A stretch of 64,000 nt of DNA from an uncultured Dorea sp. (GCA_910578495.1 CAJTRE010000003.1:71952-135951), one strand, 5' to 3'. Numbered from the stretch's first letter, positions 10,195 to 21,213 are shown. Translations and numbers: made by a program. The notes: generated by a model not told the origin, from the letters alone.

Positions 10195-11982
10195 ATGAGT
10201 ATAGCAGAAAGAATTACCGCTCTTCGCGCTTTAATGGCTGATCGGGGATATGACGTTTACATGGTGCCGACAGACGACAATCACCAGAGTGAATATGTAG
10301 GCGAGCACTTTAAAGCAAGAGCATTTATCACAGGATTTACCGGAAGCGCTGGAACGGCTGTCATCACGAAGGACGAAGCCGGACTTTGGACAGACGGAAG
10401 ATACTTTATTCAGGCTGCGCAGCAATTAGAGGGAACTGGCGTAACCTTATTTAAAATGGGAGAACCGGGCGTTCCAACTGTAGAAGAATACATCGCAAAT
10501 GTAATTCCACAGAATGGTACTTTAGGATTTGACGGCCGCGTTGTTGCTATGGGCGAAGGACAGGCTCTTGTAGATGCCGTTGCTCCAAAAAACGGTAAGA
10601 TCAATTATTCAGAAGATCTGATCGACCTTATCTGGGAGGACAGACCGGCATTATCCGAGAAACCTGCATTTGCACTTGGTGAAGAATATACCGGAGAAAG
10701 CACAAAGAGCAAGCTTACACGTATTCGTGAAGCCATGAAGGAGGCAGGCGCTAACGTACATGTAATCGCCGCTCTTGACGATGTGTGCTGGACAACAAAC
10801 TTACGTGGAGACGATATTGAGTTCTTCCCACTGCTCCTTTCCTATGCAGTAATCACAATGGATGATATGAAACTCTATATTGACGAGCGCAAACTGACCG
10901 ATGAGATGAAAGCAAATCTTGCAAAAGACAACATCTCTCTTCGTCCTTACAACGCTGTTTATGAAGATGTAAAAGAGTTATCCGACTCTGACGTAATCAT
11001 GGTCGATCCTGCCCGTCTCAACTACGCATTGTATAACAACCTTCCAAAGAACGCGGAAGTGGTACAGCTTACCAACCCTACCGTTCTTATGAAAGCTATG
11101 AAAAATGACGTAGAAATCAAAAATATTATCAACGCTCACATCAAAGACGGTGTAGCCATGACAAAATTCATGTACTGGCTGAAAAAGAACGTTGGTAAAA
11201 TTGAAATTACAGAAATAAGCGCCGCAGAAAAACTGGATTCTTTCCGTAAAGAACAGGAAGGTTACCTATGGCAGAGTTTTGAGCCAATCTGTGGTTCCGG
11301 CGAACACGCCGCTATCGTTCACTATGCTGCAACTCCGGAAACCGACATCCCGGTTGTCACAGACGGATTATTCCTTACCGATACCGGCGGAGGATATATG
11401 GAGGGCTCTACCGACATTACAAGAACTTTCGCTTTCGGCAAGCTGACTGACCGTATGAAAGAAGACTTCACAACGGTTCTTCTTTGTAACTTACGTCTTG
11501 CAAGAGCGGTATTCATGTACGGCACATGCGGATACAACTTAGACATTCTGGCAAGAATGCCTGCATGGGAGCGTGGCATCAACTACAACCATGGAACCGG
11601 ACACGGCGTTGGATATTTAATGAACATCCACGAAGCGTCCAGTGGATTCCGTATCGCTATCCGCGACAGAGAGAAAGCTCCGATCGAGGCAGGCATGGTA
11701 CTTACTAACGAACCAGGAATCTATATCGAAGGTTCTCACGGCATACGTACGGAAAACGAACTGGTAGCCCGCAACGGACAGAAGACCGAATATGGACAGT
11801 TTATGTACTTTGAGCCGATCACCTATGTTCCGATCGACCTTGACGCTGTAGTTCCTGAGATGATGACAACGGAAGACAAGGAACAGCTCAACGCATACCA
11901 TGCAAAAGTTTACGAGCTTATCGCTCCAAAACTTAGTGAAGAAGAAAGAGAGTGGTTGAAAGAATATACAAGAGCAATTTAA
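10195..11982 (+). CDS. Aminopeptidase P family (M24B) Xaa-Pro aminopeptidase
   Basis: DxHQSEY, TDGRY, DTGG..TDITRT, HGTGHGVG, NEPG, GIRTE motifs. Confidence 0.93.
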   Translation: MSIAERITALRALMADRGYDVYMVPTDDNHQSEYVGEHFKARAFITGFTGSAGTAVITKDEAGLWTDGRYFIQAAQQLEGTGVTLFKMGEPGVPTVEEYIANVIPQNGTLGFDGRVVAMGEGQALVDAVAPKNGKINYSEDLIDLIWEDRPALSEKPAFALGEEYTGESTKSKLTRIREAMKEAGANVHVIAALDDVCWTTNLRGDDIEFFPLLLSYAVITMDDMKLYIDERKLTDEMKANLAKDNISLRPYNAVYEDVKELSDSDVIMVDPARLNYALYNNLPKNAEVVQLTNPTVLMKAMKNDVEIKNIINAHIKDGVAMTKFMYWLKKNVGKIEITEISAAEKLDSFRKEQEGYLWQSFEPICGSGEHAAIVHYAATPETDIPVVTDGLFLTDTGGGYMEGSTDITRTFAFGKLTDRMKEDFTTVLLCNLRLARAVFMYGTCGYNLDILARMPAWERGINYNHGTGHGVGYLMNIHEASSGFRIAIRDREKAPIEAGMVLTNEPGIYIEGSHGIRTENELVARNGQKTEYGQFMYFEPITYVPIDLDAVVPEMMTTEDKEQLNAYHAKVYELIAPKLSEEEREWLKEYTRAI

Positions 11983-11997
11983 TCAGCCGATATACTT

Positions 11998-12025
11998 TGG
12001 GGGCAGTGCATATGCACTGCCCCCA
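11998..12025. terminator. GC-rich hairpin between convergent genes
   Basis: TGGGGGCAGTGCATATGCACTGCCCCCA perfect palindrome. Confidence 0.7.
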
Positions 12026-12062
12026 TATCCTTAAATCCTCTATTCTTCCTTATACAAAGATT

Positions 12063-13337
12063 TCAGTTCTTCATAGAGGCATAACGACTTCCACTTCTTA
12101 ATTTTTTCCCTTTAATTTTCGCCATTTCAGAAACAGTTACCATCTCATATCCCTTTTTCTTTAATTGGGGAATAATCTTCATAGATGCTTCTATTGTAGA
12201 ATTATGAATATCATGCATCAAAATAATGTCTCCGTCTTTTATTTTCCCTGTAGCTGCGCTGATTGTTTTTGAAGCGCTGCGTGTCTGCCAGTCTCTTGTA
12301 TCAATACTCCATAAAATCAATGGCATCTTTGCTCCCTTTTTCAGCGAACTTCCAATAGAACCATATGGGGGACGCATAAGTGAAACATTTTCTTTCGTAA
12401 TTGCCTTTATTCTTGAATTTGTCTTATTTACCTCACTTGTTACTTTTGACATACTTGCCGATCCAAGATTGGGGTGCGAATAAGAATGATTCCCTACTTC
12501 ACATCCAATATTTTTCATTTTCTTTATTTCACTTTTATAGCTGGAAACTTTATTTCCTACAACAAAAAATGTCGCATGAGCATCATATTTCTCAAGCCGC
12601 CTCAATAACTTTCCAGTCTTTTTCCCCGGACCGTCATCATAAGTAAGCGCCACTACTTTCTTTTTTACAGCGCTCTTTACCGGAGACCAGTCAGAATAAA
12701 GATTGAAAGTTTTTCCATCAAATCTTGTCTGTTTATATGTACGAATCCGAACATAACTTTTGCTGCTCTTTACGTTCCGAATCACCTGAAATACATCCGA
12801 ATTGTTTTTTACATAAGAATTTTTAACGCCCTTCTTAAATCTCTGATCTAATGCATATTGAACCTGATAACCGGTTATCTGACTGCTCTGCTTCTTCCAA
12901 TACACAACGAGGCTATTTCCATTTAGATATGTCTTGTGAAGTGTTGTTTTCTTAGGACGAATCTGGAAAGTTGTGGTAAAAGTCCCCTTATACATTCCTC
13001 TAAAAGTGACTTTCACTTTATATTTTCCTACATTTTTTCTTCCACTGGAATACGTAAGCTTATAATCCTTAGAACTGTATCTTTTCCCGCTCTTATCCGT
13101 CACAGTCACTTTCGGTGTCTGCACTTTCCCATTATATGTATAGTCTACAGCAGACAGCTTAATTACCGGATTTTTAACAATTACAGTCTCTGGCTCTACT
13201 GGTATCTCTGTCTCCGTCTGCTTCTGCGGTTCCTCTGCACTAATTTCCGAAACATTCAATAATAATAACGCCGCTATCGAACATAGAACTACTAGCATCT
13301 TTCTTTTCCATTTTCCCTGCATCCTTATTTCCTCCAT
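12063..13337 (-). CDS. Secreted polysaccharide (peptidoglycan) deacetylase with N-terminal surface/FN3-like domains
   Basis: C-terminal NodB motifs LTYDDGP, NHSYSH, RPPYG, DTRDW, LMHD; signal peptide; Lys-rich beta-domains. Confidence 0.88.
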   Translation of the reverse strand: MEEIRMQGKWKRKMLVVLCSIAALLLLNVSEISAEEPQKQTETEIPVEPETVIVKNPVIKLSAVDYTYNGKVQTPKVTVTDKSGKRYSSKDYKLTYSSGRKNVGKYKVKVTFRGMYKGTFTTTFQIRPKKTTLHKTYLNGNSLVVYWKKQSSQITGYQVQYALDQRFKKGVKNSYVKNNSDVFQVIRNVKSSKSYVRIRTYKQTRFDGKTFNLYSDWSPVKSAVKKKVVALTYDDGPGKKTGKLLRRLEKYDAHATFFVVGNKVSSYKSEIKKMKNIGCEVGNHSYSHPNLGSASMSKVTSEVNKTNSRIKAITKENVSLMRPPYGSIGSSLKKGAKMPLILWSIDTRDWQTRSASKTISAATGKIKDGDIILMHDIHNSTIEASMKIIPQLKKKGYEMVTVSEMAKIKGKKLRSGSRYASMKN

Positions 13338-13352
13338 TCCTTTCTTCCAAAA

Positions 13353-14816
13353 CTATATCCTTTTCACTTTCAACCGCAGCCGTATATTTATCGTACCAAC
13401 CATCACCATACCGGAAATCGATAAAAGCAACAGCCATCTCCCTGGCTTTTCATCATCCCCAGTCTTTACTGCGGCATTCCGAATGAATGTCTTTTCTCTT
13501 TGTACCTCTATTTCCAGTTCATCAGCCAACGAATCTTCTTTCTCGGATTGCTCCTGTTCTATCATGGCCTCTTTCTCTTCTTTCCCCTCTGATTCATACT
13601 CCTCGTCCGGCATTTCTTCCTCTTCGCTGCCGGAACTGTTTTCCTCCCAACCGTAGTTCTTCGGATAAAGCGCCAGAATGGATCCCCCATATAAAGAAAG
13701 CGTCTCCTTATCATACGTATAGACGATATCTCTTCCATGTATACGAAAAGTATAACCATCTTTAACACTCCCGGTTTCTGATCCAAGCAAAAATGCTTCG
13801 GAATCACTGATCAGTCCTCCGTCCCAGCTCGTTATATCCACCAGATAATTTTTCTGATCCACAGACACAATATTCCACATATGCGGGACCTTCCCTGCGC
13901 CTGAATCTAACCATCCAGTCACAGTATACACACAAACATTCCCGGAAAACTGTGACTCATCGTACAGATACTGGAATGCTTTTGCATATCCTTCGCAGAC
14001 AACCTTCGTTTCTGGATTATGATCAAACACATAGATGATCTGCCATGGATCTCCATAACCGCTATTATAATTCCCTCCTGCCGCATCTACATCATAAGAG
14101 GCAAGACTGCATATTTCATCGCGATAAGAAAGGAGTTTCTCATAGTCAGATTTCCCTGCATTCTTCTTTATAACCTCTTGTGCATTCCTAAGAGCTTTCT
14201 CTGCCGATTGAACTTTAACTTGGCTCACTTTAAATGCATCGTCACCGTCCCGGTAATCGATTGCAACCGTATATTCATAGACAAGTCCTCCTGTAAATGT
14301 CAGACTGCTGCCATCTTTAGATATTGTCATCCTGGATGGCAGCAGTGTGTACCCGGTTCCTACCGTTTTATCAAACCAATAGAAATCATAAGGATAATTT
14401 ACTAATAACAGATGAAAAATCTTACTGTTATCCTGCGAAAATATCTGTTCTATAAGAGCCGTTCTTGTTTCATCTGTCAGTTTATTACCCTCAAGCAACT
14501 CTCCGGTAATGCCCAGTTCTTCTTTTGTCCAAACACTTTTAATTCCTAAACGCTCCACAGGTATTTCAAATTTCGTAGATGATTCTTCTCCGTCTGCTAC
14601 TGCCTTGATCTTCGCTTTTAATTCATTATAAATGGCCTTTTCAATGCCGGATAAATCCTCTTCTCCATAATTTCCTAAAAGACTAATATCGGGGCTTTTA
14701 TAAACCGGACTCACAATATCGTCTGCAAACACACACATGTCGAGACAAAACAAACCAAATAAAATAATTACAGCAGCTATTGCAAATTTTCTTACTCTTT
14801 TTCTACATTCAACCAC
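13353..14816 (-). CDS. Cell-wall-anchored transglutaminase-like cysteine protease domain protein
   Basis: VCEGYAKAF...HMWN...VDITSWD triad; signal peptide; C-terminal VKTGD + TM + basic tail. Confidence 0.75.
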   Translation of the reverse strand: MVECRKRVRKFAIAAVIILFGLFCLDMCVFADDIVSPVYKSPDISLLGNYGEEDLSGIEKAIYNELKAKIKAVADGEESSTKFEIPVERLGIKSVWTKEELGITGELLEGNKLTDETRTALIEQIFSQDNSKIFHLLLVNYPYDFYWFDKTVGTGYTLLPSRMTISKDGSSLTFTGGLVYEYTVAIDYRDGDDAFKVSQVKVQSAEKALRNAQEVIKKNAGKSDYEKLLSYRDEICSLASYDVDAAGGNYNSGYGDPWQIIYVFDHNPETKVVCEGYAKAFQYLYDESQFSGNVCVYTVTGWLDSGAGKVPHMWNIVSVDQKNYLVDITSWDGGLISDSEAFLLGSETGSVKDGYTFRIHGRDIVYTYDKETLSLYGGSILALYPKNYGWEENSSGSEEEEMPDEEYESEGKEEKEAMIEQEQSEKEDSLADELEIEVQREKTFIRNAAVKTGDDEKPGRWLLLLSISGMVMVGTINIRLRLKVKRI

Positions 14817-14910
14817 TTTCTATCCGCCCCTTTAACTCAAGCATATCTTTATCATACACTATTCCCGGCAGATTTTTCAATGATAGATTGGAAGAATCAA
14901 AAACATTTAC

Positions 14911-14941
14911 GTAACTCGAGTTGTTATGGCTGAATAGTTAC
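14911..14941. repeat. Short GTAAC-family element (copy A) flanked by 8-bp direct repeat ACATTTAC
   Basis: GTAACTCGAGTTGTTATGGCTGAATAGTTAC; ACATTTAC at 14903-14910 and 14942-14949. Confidence 0.8.
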
Positions 14942-14945
14942 ACAT

Positions 14946-16148
14946 TTACAACAAGGTTTTCTCTATCACATCCTCAAAAATACTCTTGTAACTCATCTTT
15001 TCCATACTTTCTGCCGCCACAACATCTACGCTTCCAATCTCTTTCTTTCCGAGATAATATTTTGTCACTCCCACTTTATCTCCCTTTTTCACAGGAGCTT
15101 TTATTTCTTTTTTTACCTGCACTCTTCGTTTAATTTGAGAAATATCCGCCCCGGTCGTATCTATATATGTAAACGGTTCTTTTTGCTTCGCTTTGATTGT
15201 ATCTTGTTCGCCTCGCAGCACTTTTACCGTTCCAATCGGCTTCACAGTATCTTCCTCGTATTTCTGGCATTTCCCAAATCCATAATTAAGAAGTGAGGTA
15301 GCGTCTCTGACTCTGGCTTTACTGTCTTCTGCCGCCATAATGACAGCAATCAACTCCATGCCGTCTTTTTCAGCGGTAGCAGAAACACAGAATTTAGCTT
15401 TGCTGGTAGAACCCGTCTTGAGCCCGGTTGCATACTCATAATGCTTGATTAATTTATTTGTATTAGAGAGTCCAAATTCCGATGTCCCTTTCTTCGTGGT
15501 GTGTGTAATATTTTCCATCCATATGGTACAATAGTCCCGAATCTGCGGATATTTTGTAATCAACTCTCTTGACATCAGCGCAATGTCTCTTGCTGTTGTC
15601 TCATGTCCTTCTGTGTCCAACCCATTACAATTTTTAAAAACTGTATTTTTCATTCCCAGCTTTTTCGCCCGCTCATTCATCTGTACTACAAATTCTTCTT
15701 CACTTCCTGCAATAAGCTCTGACATAGCCACACAGGCGTCGTTTGCACTCGCCACAGAAATACATTTAATCATGGTATCTACAGTCTGCGTTTCTCCAGG
15801 CTCTAAAAACACCTGCGAGCCTCCCATAGAAGCCGCATATTCTGAGGTTGTTACCTCATCTTCTAGCTTTATTTTTCCAGACTCTATGGCATCAAAAATC
15901 AAAAGAAGCGTCATCACTTTAGTCACACTGGCAGGAGGCCGTTTCTTGTCTGCCTCCTTCTCATAGATAATCTGTCCGGTAGACGCTTCCATTAAAATAG
16001 CAGAAGGAGCCGACACCAGTTCTTCTCCTTCTGCTTTCTCTTTTGTCTCTTCAACTTCCTCTGCCTGAGCCTGTATAGGAAACAACAGTCCTATCACCAG
16101 ACAAAAACTAAGTAGGATTCCGATTGTATACTTTGTAAGCTGTCTCAT
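14946..16148 (-). CDS. dacF: D-alanyl-D-alanine carboxypeptidase (DacF-like)
   Basis: PASVTKVMT, MGGSQVFLEPGE, SAND, GLKTGST motifs typical of DacF. Confidence 0.85.
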   Translation of the reverse strand: MRQLTKYTIGILLSFCLVIGLLFPIQAQAEEVEETKEKAEGEELVSAPSAILMEASTGQIIYEKEADKKRPPASVTKVMTLLLIFDAIESGKIKLEDEVTTSEYAASMGGSQVFLEPGETQTVDTMIKCISVASANDACVAMSELIAGSEEEFVVQMNERAKKLGMKNTVFKNCNGLDTEGHETTARDIALMSRELITKYPQIRDYCTIWMENITHTTKKGTSEFGLSNTNKLIKHYEYATGLKTGSTSKAKFCVSATAEKDGMELIAVIMAAEDSKARVRDATSLLNYGFGKCQKYEEDTVKPIGTVKVLRGEQDTIKAKQKEPFTYIDTTGADISQIKRRVQVKKEIKAPVKKGDKVGVTKYYLGKKEIGSVDVVAAESMEKMSYKSIFEDVIEKTLL

Positions 16149-16225
16149 TCATAACGCTCCATTATGTGCTATTATTAATAATGTAAGCCGAGTGCTTTCA
16201 AATTATGACTGTACTTTATAAAATT

Positions 16226-16250
16226 GTAACTATTCAGCCATATGCTGAAT
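16226..16250. repeat. GTAAC-family element (copy B), right end lost
   Basis: GTAACTATTCAGCCATATGCTGAAT, nearly identical to copy D; abuts the stop codon of 16250..17137. Confidence 0.7.
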
Positions 16251-17137
16251 CATTCTACTTTAATATCCAATGCCTGTCTCACAGAAATAATCTCTGGTTG
16301 GTTCTCCTTATAAGCTGCTCTGGCTTTGGCACGTTTCACCTTCATTGCTTCTGGCGTAGACTCTGCTTCCATACGAGTCATTTCATACTCATTCCTGAAA
16401 TCCTTTTTCACCTGCTCTGCCACTGCCTTATCCTGCAACATGTCTTTTGCTTCTGCCTCTTTATCTACCCTCGGCTCTTCCGGTTCTGTATGCTCTGATT
16501 CGATTGTATCTTTCTCTTCAACTTCTTCTGCCGGATTATCGATGCCAAGTTCTTCTTTCTCCGCCTCTTTCAAATCCTTTTCTGCCTTGGTCTTCTCTGC
16601 CTCGGTCGGAAGCGCCGCGTATTTTCCGCTTTCTATAAATTCATTTGTGGAAGTTTCAAACGCCTTGCTTTTATAATGTTCTTCCATAATCAATTCGAAT
16701 TTCTTCTCTTCAGGAATAACAGGATTATTCTTAATTGCATTCACAGCATTAAGAGAGGCACCTGTATGAGCCATTCGAACCTTCTGAACCTCTTCCTTGG
16801 TCTTACATTTCTTTAATTCCCGCTCATAATTTTCCTGTTCTGCTTGCATTGCTTTTATCTTCTGGTATTTCTGCGGGTCTTTCTTCTGCAAATACTCCAT
16901 CTCTTCTGCCGTCAGTTTCTTCCCGTTCTGCAGTTTCATATCAATCTGAGCGGCAAGCTTTGTCGAACCATCCTGTCTGGACTTACGGATTTCTTCGGCC
17001 TGTTTCCTTATTGGATCAATTAGTTTTGTACTACCATCTGCTGTAAAATCACCGGCAGCTTTTTTCTTCTGCCACTTCATCTGCATTTCCATATTCTTTG
17101 TATAACTATTCATATTCCGAATCGTAAAGAAATTCAT
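16250..17137 (-). CDS. Hypothetical charged coiled-coil protein
   Basis: Long Lys/Glu-rich ORF; GGAGG RBS before ATG at 17137; no family recognised. Confidence 0.7.
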   Translation of the reverse strand: MNFFTIRNMNSYTKNMEMQMKWQKKKAAGDFTADGSTKLIDPIRKQAEEIRKSRQDGSTKLAAQIDMKLQNGKKLTAEEMEYLQKKDPQKYQKIKAMQAEQENYERELKKCKTKEEVQKVRMAHTGASLNAVNAIKNNPVIPEEKKFELIMEEHYKSKAFETSTNEFIESGKYAALPTEAEKTKAEKDLKEAEKEELGIDNPAEEVEEKDTIESEHTEPEEPRVDKEAEAKDMLQDKAVAEQVKKDFRNEYEMTRMEAESTPEAMKVKRAKARAAYKENQPEIISVRQALDIKVE

Positions 17138-17236
17138 CCACAACACCTCCCTTTTTACGCCGCCTAAACCACTGCTTTCTTTTCAACAAAAGATTATATT
17201 AATAATATCGACCAATTTTACAAATAGATAACTTGT

Positions 17237-18091
17237 CTAAAACTTCATTCTCTCCCTGTCTGGATGTTCTCCCGACCACCCGGTCTGTGGCATAGTATCA
17301 ATTCGATACATATCTTCCTGTGAAAGTTCAAAAGCGAAAATATCCTGATTCTGCCTCATTCTTTCTGCCGTAGAAGATTTGGGAAGCGGAACAATCCCTC
17401 GTTGCAGAGCGTACCTTAAACAAATCTGTGCTGTGGACACCTGATATTTTTCTGCCATTTCAAGCATCATGGCATCCGCAAGCACCCGCCCTCTTCCAAT
17501 GGGACTCCACGCCTGCACTAAGATGCCTCTCTCCTGACAGTAACGAACTGCTGCTTCCTGCGTGTATCCCGGATGAAATTCCAACTGATTCACCATAGGC
17601 TTTACTTTACAGGATTTAACTATATTTTCTATATGATGTGGCAGGAAGTTACTAAGTCCTATAGCTCTTATTTTTCCTTCCTCATATAGTTCCTCAAGGG
17701 CTCTCCACGTCTCTGTATTTAACGTTTTCCAGTCTTCATAGTCTGGAGCTGGAAGAGGCCAGTGAATCAAATATAGATCCAGATAATTTGTACCAAGATT
17801 TTCAAGTGTACGTGCAAATGCCTGTTTTACATTCTCGTACCCCATCTCGTCTTTCCACAGTTTAGATGCAATAAAAAAATCTTCTCTTCTTATACCACTG
17901 TCTTTGATCGCATCTCTTACAAATGTTTCTGTTCCATAGAAAGACGCAGTATCAAAATAACGATATCCTGTTTCAATTGCTATCTTTAAAATCTCTATGC
18001 TCTTTCCGTCCGCCGCCTTGTAAGTTCCAAAGCCAACAGACGGAATCCGAACACCATTACTTAATGTATAACAATCGTGAATACTATTCAT
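17237..18091 (-). CDS. Aldo/keto reductase
   Basis: GFGT, FDTASFYG, SKLW, DLYLIHWP, IGLSNF, LPKS motifs. Confidence 0.95.
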   Translation of the reverse strand: MNSIHDCYTLSNGVRIPSVGFGTYKAADGKSIEILKIAIETGYRYFDTASFYGTETFVRDAIKDSGIRREDFFIASKLWKDEMGYENVKQAFARTLENLGTNYLDLYLIHWPLPAPDYEDWKTLNTETWRALEELYEEGKIRAIGLSNFLPHHIENIVKSCKVKPMVNQLEFHPGYTQEAAVRYCQERGILVQAWSPIGRGRVLADAMMLEMAEKYQVSTAQICLRYALQRGIVPLPKSSTAERMRQNQDIFAFELSQEDMYRIDTMPQTGWSGEHPDRERMKF

Positions 18092-18105
18092 ACGTTCCCT
18101 TCTTT

Positions 18106-18321
18106 CTAAAAGCCTTTAATCTCAATGACTTTGTAGTCTTTATCTTCCACTGCTTTTTTCAGCACATCATCTGCTACTGCTTCACTCATGATAACAACCG
18201 CTGTTCCAGCTTCATGGCTTACAACTGCCTCCGTTACACCTTCGATTTCCTCTAAGCAGGTTTTTACCGCTGCCTGACAGTGTGGACACATCATTCCTTC
18301 AATTTTCATTGTTTTTTCCAT
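18106..18321 (-). CDS. Putative internally initiated CopZ-like chaperone (71 aa), in frame with the copA C-terminus
   Basis: AAGGAGG (18330-18336) + 8 nt + ATG; product [19 protein letters not shown]... is a complete HMA domain. Confidence 0.5.
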   Translation of the reverse strand: MEKTMKIEGMMCPHCQAAVKTCLEEIEGVTEAVVSHEAGTAVVIMSEAVADDVLKKAVEDKDYKVIEIKGF

Positions 18322-20670
18322 TGTTACATCCTCCTTGTTTCCTTCTTTTTCATTATTTTCTATATCTTTGATTGCGCCTTTTCGCTTACGTTTTTTATCC
18401 CGGCCTGCATCCCGAAGTTTAAAGAAATTAAGCCTCAGTGCATTGGTCACCACACAGAAACTGGATAAACTCATTGCCGCAGCGCCAAACATTGGATTGA
18501 GTTTCCATCCAAACAATGGATACCAAAGTCCCGCTGCAAGCGGAATTCCAATCACATTGTAAATAAATGCCCAGAATAAGTTCTCATGAATATTTGTAAG
18601 GGTTGCGCGGCTTAATCGGATTGCCGCCGGAACATCGCTTAACCGACTCTTCATCAGCACCACATCTGCGGCGTCAATGGCAATATCTGTACCTGCGCCG
18701 ATTGCGATTCCGATATCTGCTCTTGTAAGCGCCGGAGCGTCGTTAATACCATCGCCCACCATAGCAGTTTTTCCTTTTTGATTCAATGCCCGGATTACCG
18801 ATTCTTTACCATCCGGCAGTACCTCGGCAATGACTTCATCTACGCCTGCCTGTTTTCCGACAGCCTTTGCTGTCCGCTCGTTATCTCCTGTAAGCATTAC
18901 CACATGAATACCCATGTTTTGCAACTCTTTCACTGCCTGCGGACTGTCTTCTTTTATCACATCTGCAACTGCAATAATACCGATAAGCTCTCCATCTTTT
19001 GCAAAAAAGAGCGGTGTCTTTCCATCTTCTGCCAGAACTTCTGCCTGCCTTTTCATTCCCTCAGGAACTTCTGCCTGTTCACAAATAAATTTTAAGTTCC
19101 CTCCGGTTAATACCGATGTTCCAAAGGTTCCGGAAAGTCCGTTTCCTATTACTGCCTGGAAGTCTGTTACTTCTTCCTCACCGTCCATACTCCGTTCTTC
19201 AGCTTCAGAGAAAATAGCCCTTGCCAACGGATGTTCACTTTTCTTTTCCAGAATATAAGCAAGTTTCAACAGTTCTTCCTCCGTCACACCCTCTGCCGGA
19301 AGCATATCTGTGACTTTCGGTTCACCGCTCGTAATCGTCCCCGTCTTATCTAACGCCACAATCTCCATCTTCCCCGTTTCCTCTAAGGACGCCGCAGTCT
19401 TGAACATAATGCCATGTTTTGCTCCCATACCATTTCCAACCATAATCGCAACAGGAGTCGCAAGTCCAAGCGCACATGGACAACTGATGACTAATACTGA
19501 GATTCCTCTTGCCAGTGCAAATCCTATCGTCTGCCCTGCAAGCAGCCATACTGCAATGGTTACAAGCGCAATGCCGATCACTATCGGCACAAATACACCC
19601 GATACCTTATCTGCTACCTTGGCAATTGGCGCTTTTGTTGCCGCCGCATCACTGACCATTTGGATAATCTGAGAAAGTGTAGTATCTTCTCCCACACGAG
19701 TAGCTTTACATTTCAAGAAACCGGAATGGTTCACTGTTGCCGCTGACACCTGATCTCCCGGCTCTTTATCTACCGGAATACTTTCTCCCGTAAGCGCCGA
19801 CTCATTTACTGCACTGTTTCCCTCCACAACAATACCATCAACGGGTATGTTTTCTCCCGGTCTTACAACGAAAATGTCTCCACTTCGTACTTCTTCTATA
19901 CCAACTGACATTTCTATACTATCACGTAAAACCACAGCAGTCTTTGGCGCCAATTTCATCAAACCTTTTAATGCATCTGTAGTTTTCCCCTTAGAACGTG
20001 CCTCCAACATCTTTCCAACTGTAATTAAGGTTAAGATCATTGCCGCCGACTCAAAATAAAACTCATGCATATAAGTCATAACTCCGGCATAGTCTCCTGC
20101 CACCTGTGCCTGCGTCATAGCAAATAATGAATAGGTACTATACACAAAAGACGCACCTGCGCCAAGCGCCACCAGCGTATCCATATTCGGCGCTCTGTGC
20201 CACAGACTCTTGAATCCGCTGATAAAAAATTTCTGGTTGATCACCATAACAATCCCAGTGAACAATAGCTGGAAAATCCCCATTGCCACATGATTGCCTT
20301 CAAATGCCTCCGATACTGGCCAGTTCCACATCATATGCCCCATAGAAACATACATCAGCGGCACTAAAAATACCAGCGAAGAAATCAGGCGTTTCTTCAA
20401 AACAGGAGTCTCTCTGTCTTTCAACAGATCTTCCCCTGAAGCAGCCGCCGATGTGTTCTTTGTGTCTGCCGCTTCCTTACTGGAAGCTCCATATCCTGCT
20501 TCTTCTACTGCTGCAATTATATCGGAAGGGTTCACATCTCCCTCCACCCCCATGGAATTGGTAAGAAGACTCACCGAACATGCCGTAACCCCCGGCACTT
20601 TTTCCACCGCTTTCTCCACACGAGCGCTGCATGCGGCACAGCTCATACCGGTTACATGATATTGCTCCAC
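18106..20670 (-). CDS. copA: Copper-translocating P1B-type ATPase with N- and C-terminal HMA domains
   Basis: GMSCAAC N-terminal [38 protein letters not shown]-terminal GMMCPHC. Confidence 0.95.
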   Translation of the reverse strand: MEQYHVTGMSCAACSARVEKAVEKVPGVTACSVSLLTNSMGVEGDVNPSDIIAAVEEAGYGASSKEAADTKNTSAAASGEDLLKDRETPVLKKRLISSLVFLVPLMYVSMGHMMWNWPVSEAFEGNHVAMGIFQLLFTGIVMVINQKFFISGFKSLWHRAPNMDTLVALGAGASFVYSTYSLFAMTQAQVAGDYAGVMTYMHEFYFESAAMILTLITVGKMLEARSKGKTTDALKGLMKLAPKTAVVLRDSIEMSVGIEEVRSGDIFVVRPGENIPVDGIVVEGNSAVNESALTGESIPVDKEPGDQVSAATVNHSGFLKCKATRVGEDTTLSQIIQMVSDAAATKAPIAKVADKVSGVFVPIVIGIALVTIAVWLLAGQTIGFALARGISVLVISCPCALGLATPVAIMVGNGMGAKHGIMFKTAASLEETGKMEIVALDKTGTITSGEPKVTDMLPAEGVTEEELLKLAYILEKKSEHPLARAIFSEAEERSMDGEEEVTDFQAVIGNGLSGTFGTSVLTGGNLKFICEQAEVPEGMKRQAEVLAEDGKTPLFFAKDGELIGIIAVADVIKEDSPQAVKELQNMGIHVVMLTGDNERTAKAVGKQAGVDEVIAEVLPDGKESVIRALNQKGKTAMVGDGINDAPALTRADIGIAIGAGTDIAIDAADVVLMKSRLSDVPAAIRLSRATLTNIHENLFWAFIYNVIGIPLAAGLWYPLFGWKLNPMFGAAAMSLSSFCVVTNALRLNFFKLRDAGRDKKRKRKGAIKDIENNEKEGNKEDVTMEKTMKIEGMMCPHCQAAVKTCLEEIEGVTEAVVSHEAGTAVVIMSEAVADDVLKKAVEDKDYKVIEIKGF

Positions 20671-20700
20671 TATATCCCTCTTTTCTGTCTAATCTGTCAA

Positions 20701-20729
20701 AACTCAAATTGTTGTGGCACAATAGTTAC
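20701..20729. repeat. Degenerate GTAAC-family element end (copy G)
   Basis: AACTCAAATTGTTGTGGCACAATAGTTAC matches 24/29 positions of copy A; lies between csoR and copA. Confidence 0.55.
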
Positions 20730-20732
20730 ACT

Positions 20733-21053
20733 TTATTTCATCATTTTCTTTAAAGTCTCCACTAACTCATCAATGGTCTCTTCTTTTCCATTTCTTATAT
20801 CCTCTGCCACACATGTTCGAATATGATTGGAAAGTAATACTTTATTGAAACTATTGAGTGCCGCGTTTACCGCTGATACCTGTACAAGAATATCCGTACA
20901 GTAGGCATCATTTTCCACCATCTTTTTGATCCCCCGCACCTGCCCTTCAATACGGCTCAGCCGATTGATAAGTGCTCTGTATTCTTCTTCCGTACGCTCT
21001 TTTGTTTTATGGCAGCATTCTTCTCTTTCTTCCACTATTATCACCTCTTTCAT
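20733..21053 (-). CDS. csoR: Copper-sensing repressor CsoR
   Basis: RLSRIEGQVRGI, YCTDILVQ, HIRTC motifs; upstream of copA. Confidence 0.93.
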   Translation of the reverse strand: MKEVIIVEEREECCHKTKERTEEEYRALINRLSRIEGQVRGIKKMVENDAYCTDILVQVSAVNAALNSFNKVLLSNHIRTCVAEDIRNGKEETIDELVETLKKMMK

Positions 21054-21062
21054 TTTTGATTA

Positions 21063-21081
21063 TATACCCCACACAGGTATA
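21063..21081. promoter_or_regulatory. Putative CsoR operator
   Basis: TATACC-CCACACA-GGTATA inverted repeat with C-tract, just upstream of the csoR start. Confidence 0.7.
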
Positions 21082-21129
21082 ATGCAAGTATTTTTTATTA
21101 TATGTAAAGAATGTCTTAATCAAAAACAC

Positions 21130-21172
21130 AAAAAATACAGCGCTTTGAATCATCTTCAAACGCTGTATTTTT
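21130..21172. terminator. Intrinsic terminator after HD-domain gene
   Basis: AAAAAATACAGCG..TTGAA/TTCAA..CGCTGTATTTTT stem with A/T tails. Confidence 0.8.
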
Positions 21173-21213
21173 GAAATTTCCTTTTGATCACTCCTGCTTT
21201 GCCTTCTCCATCG

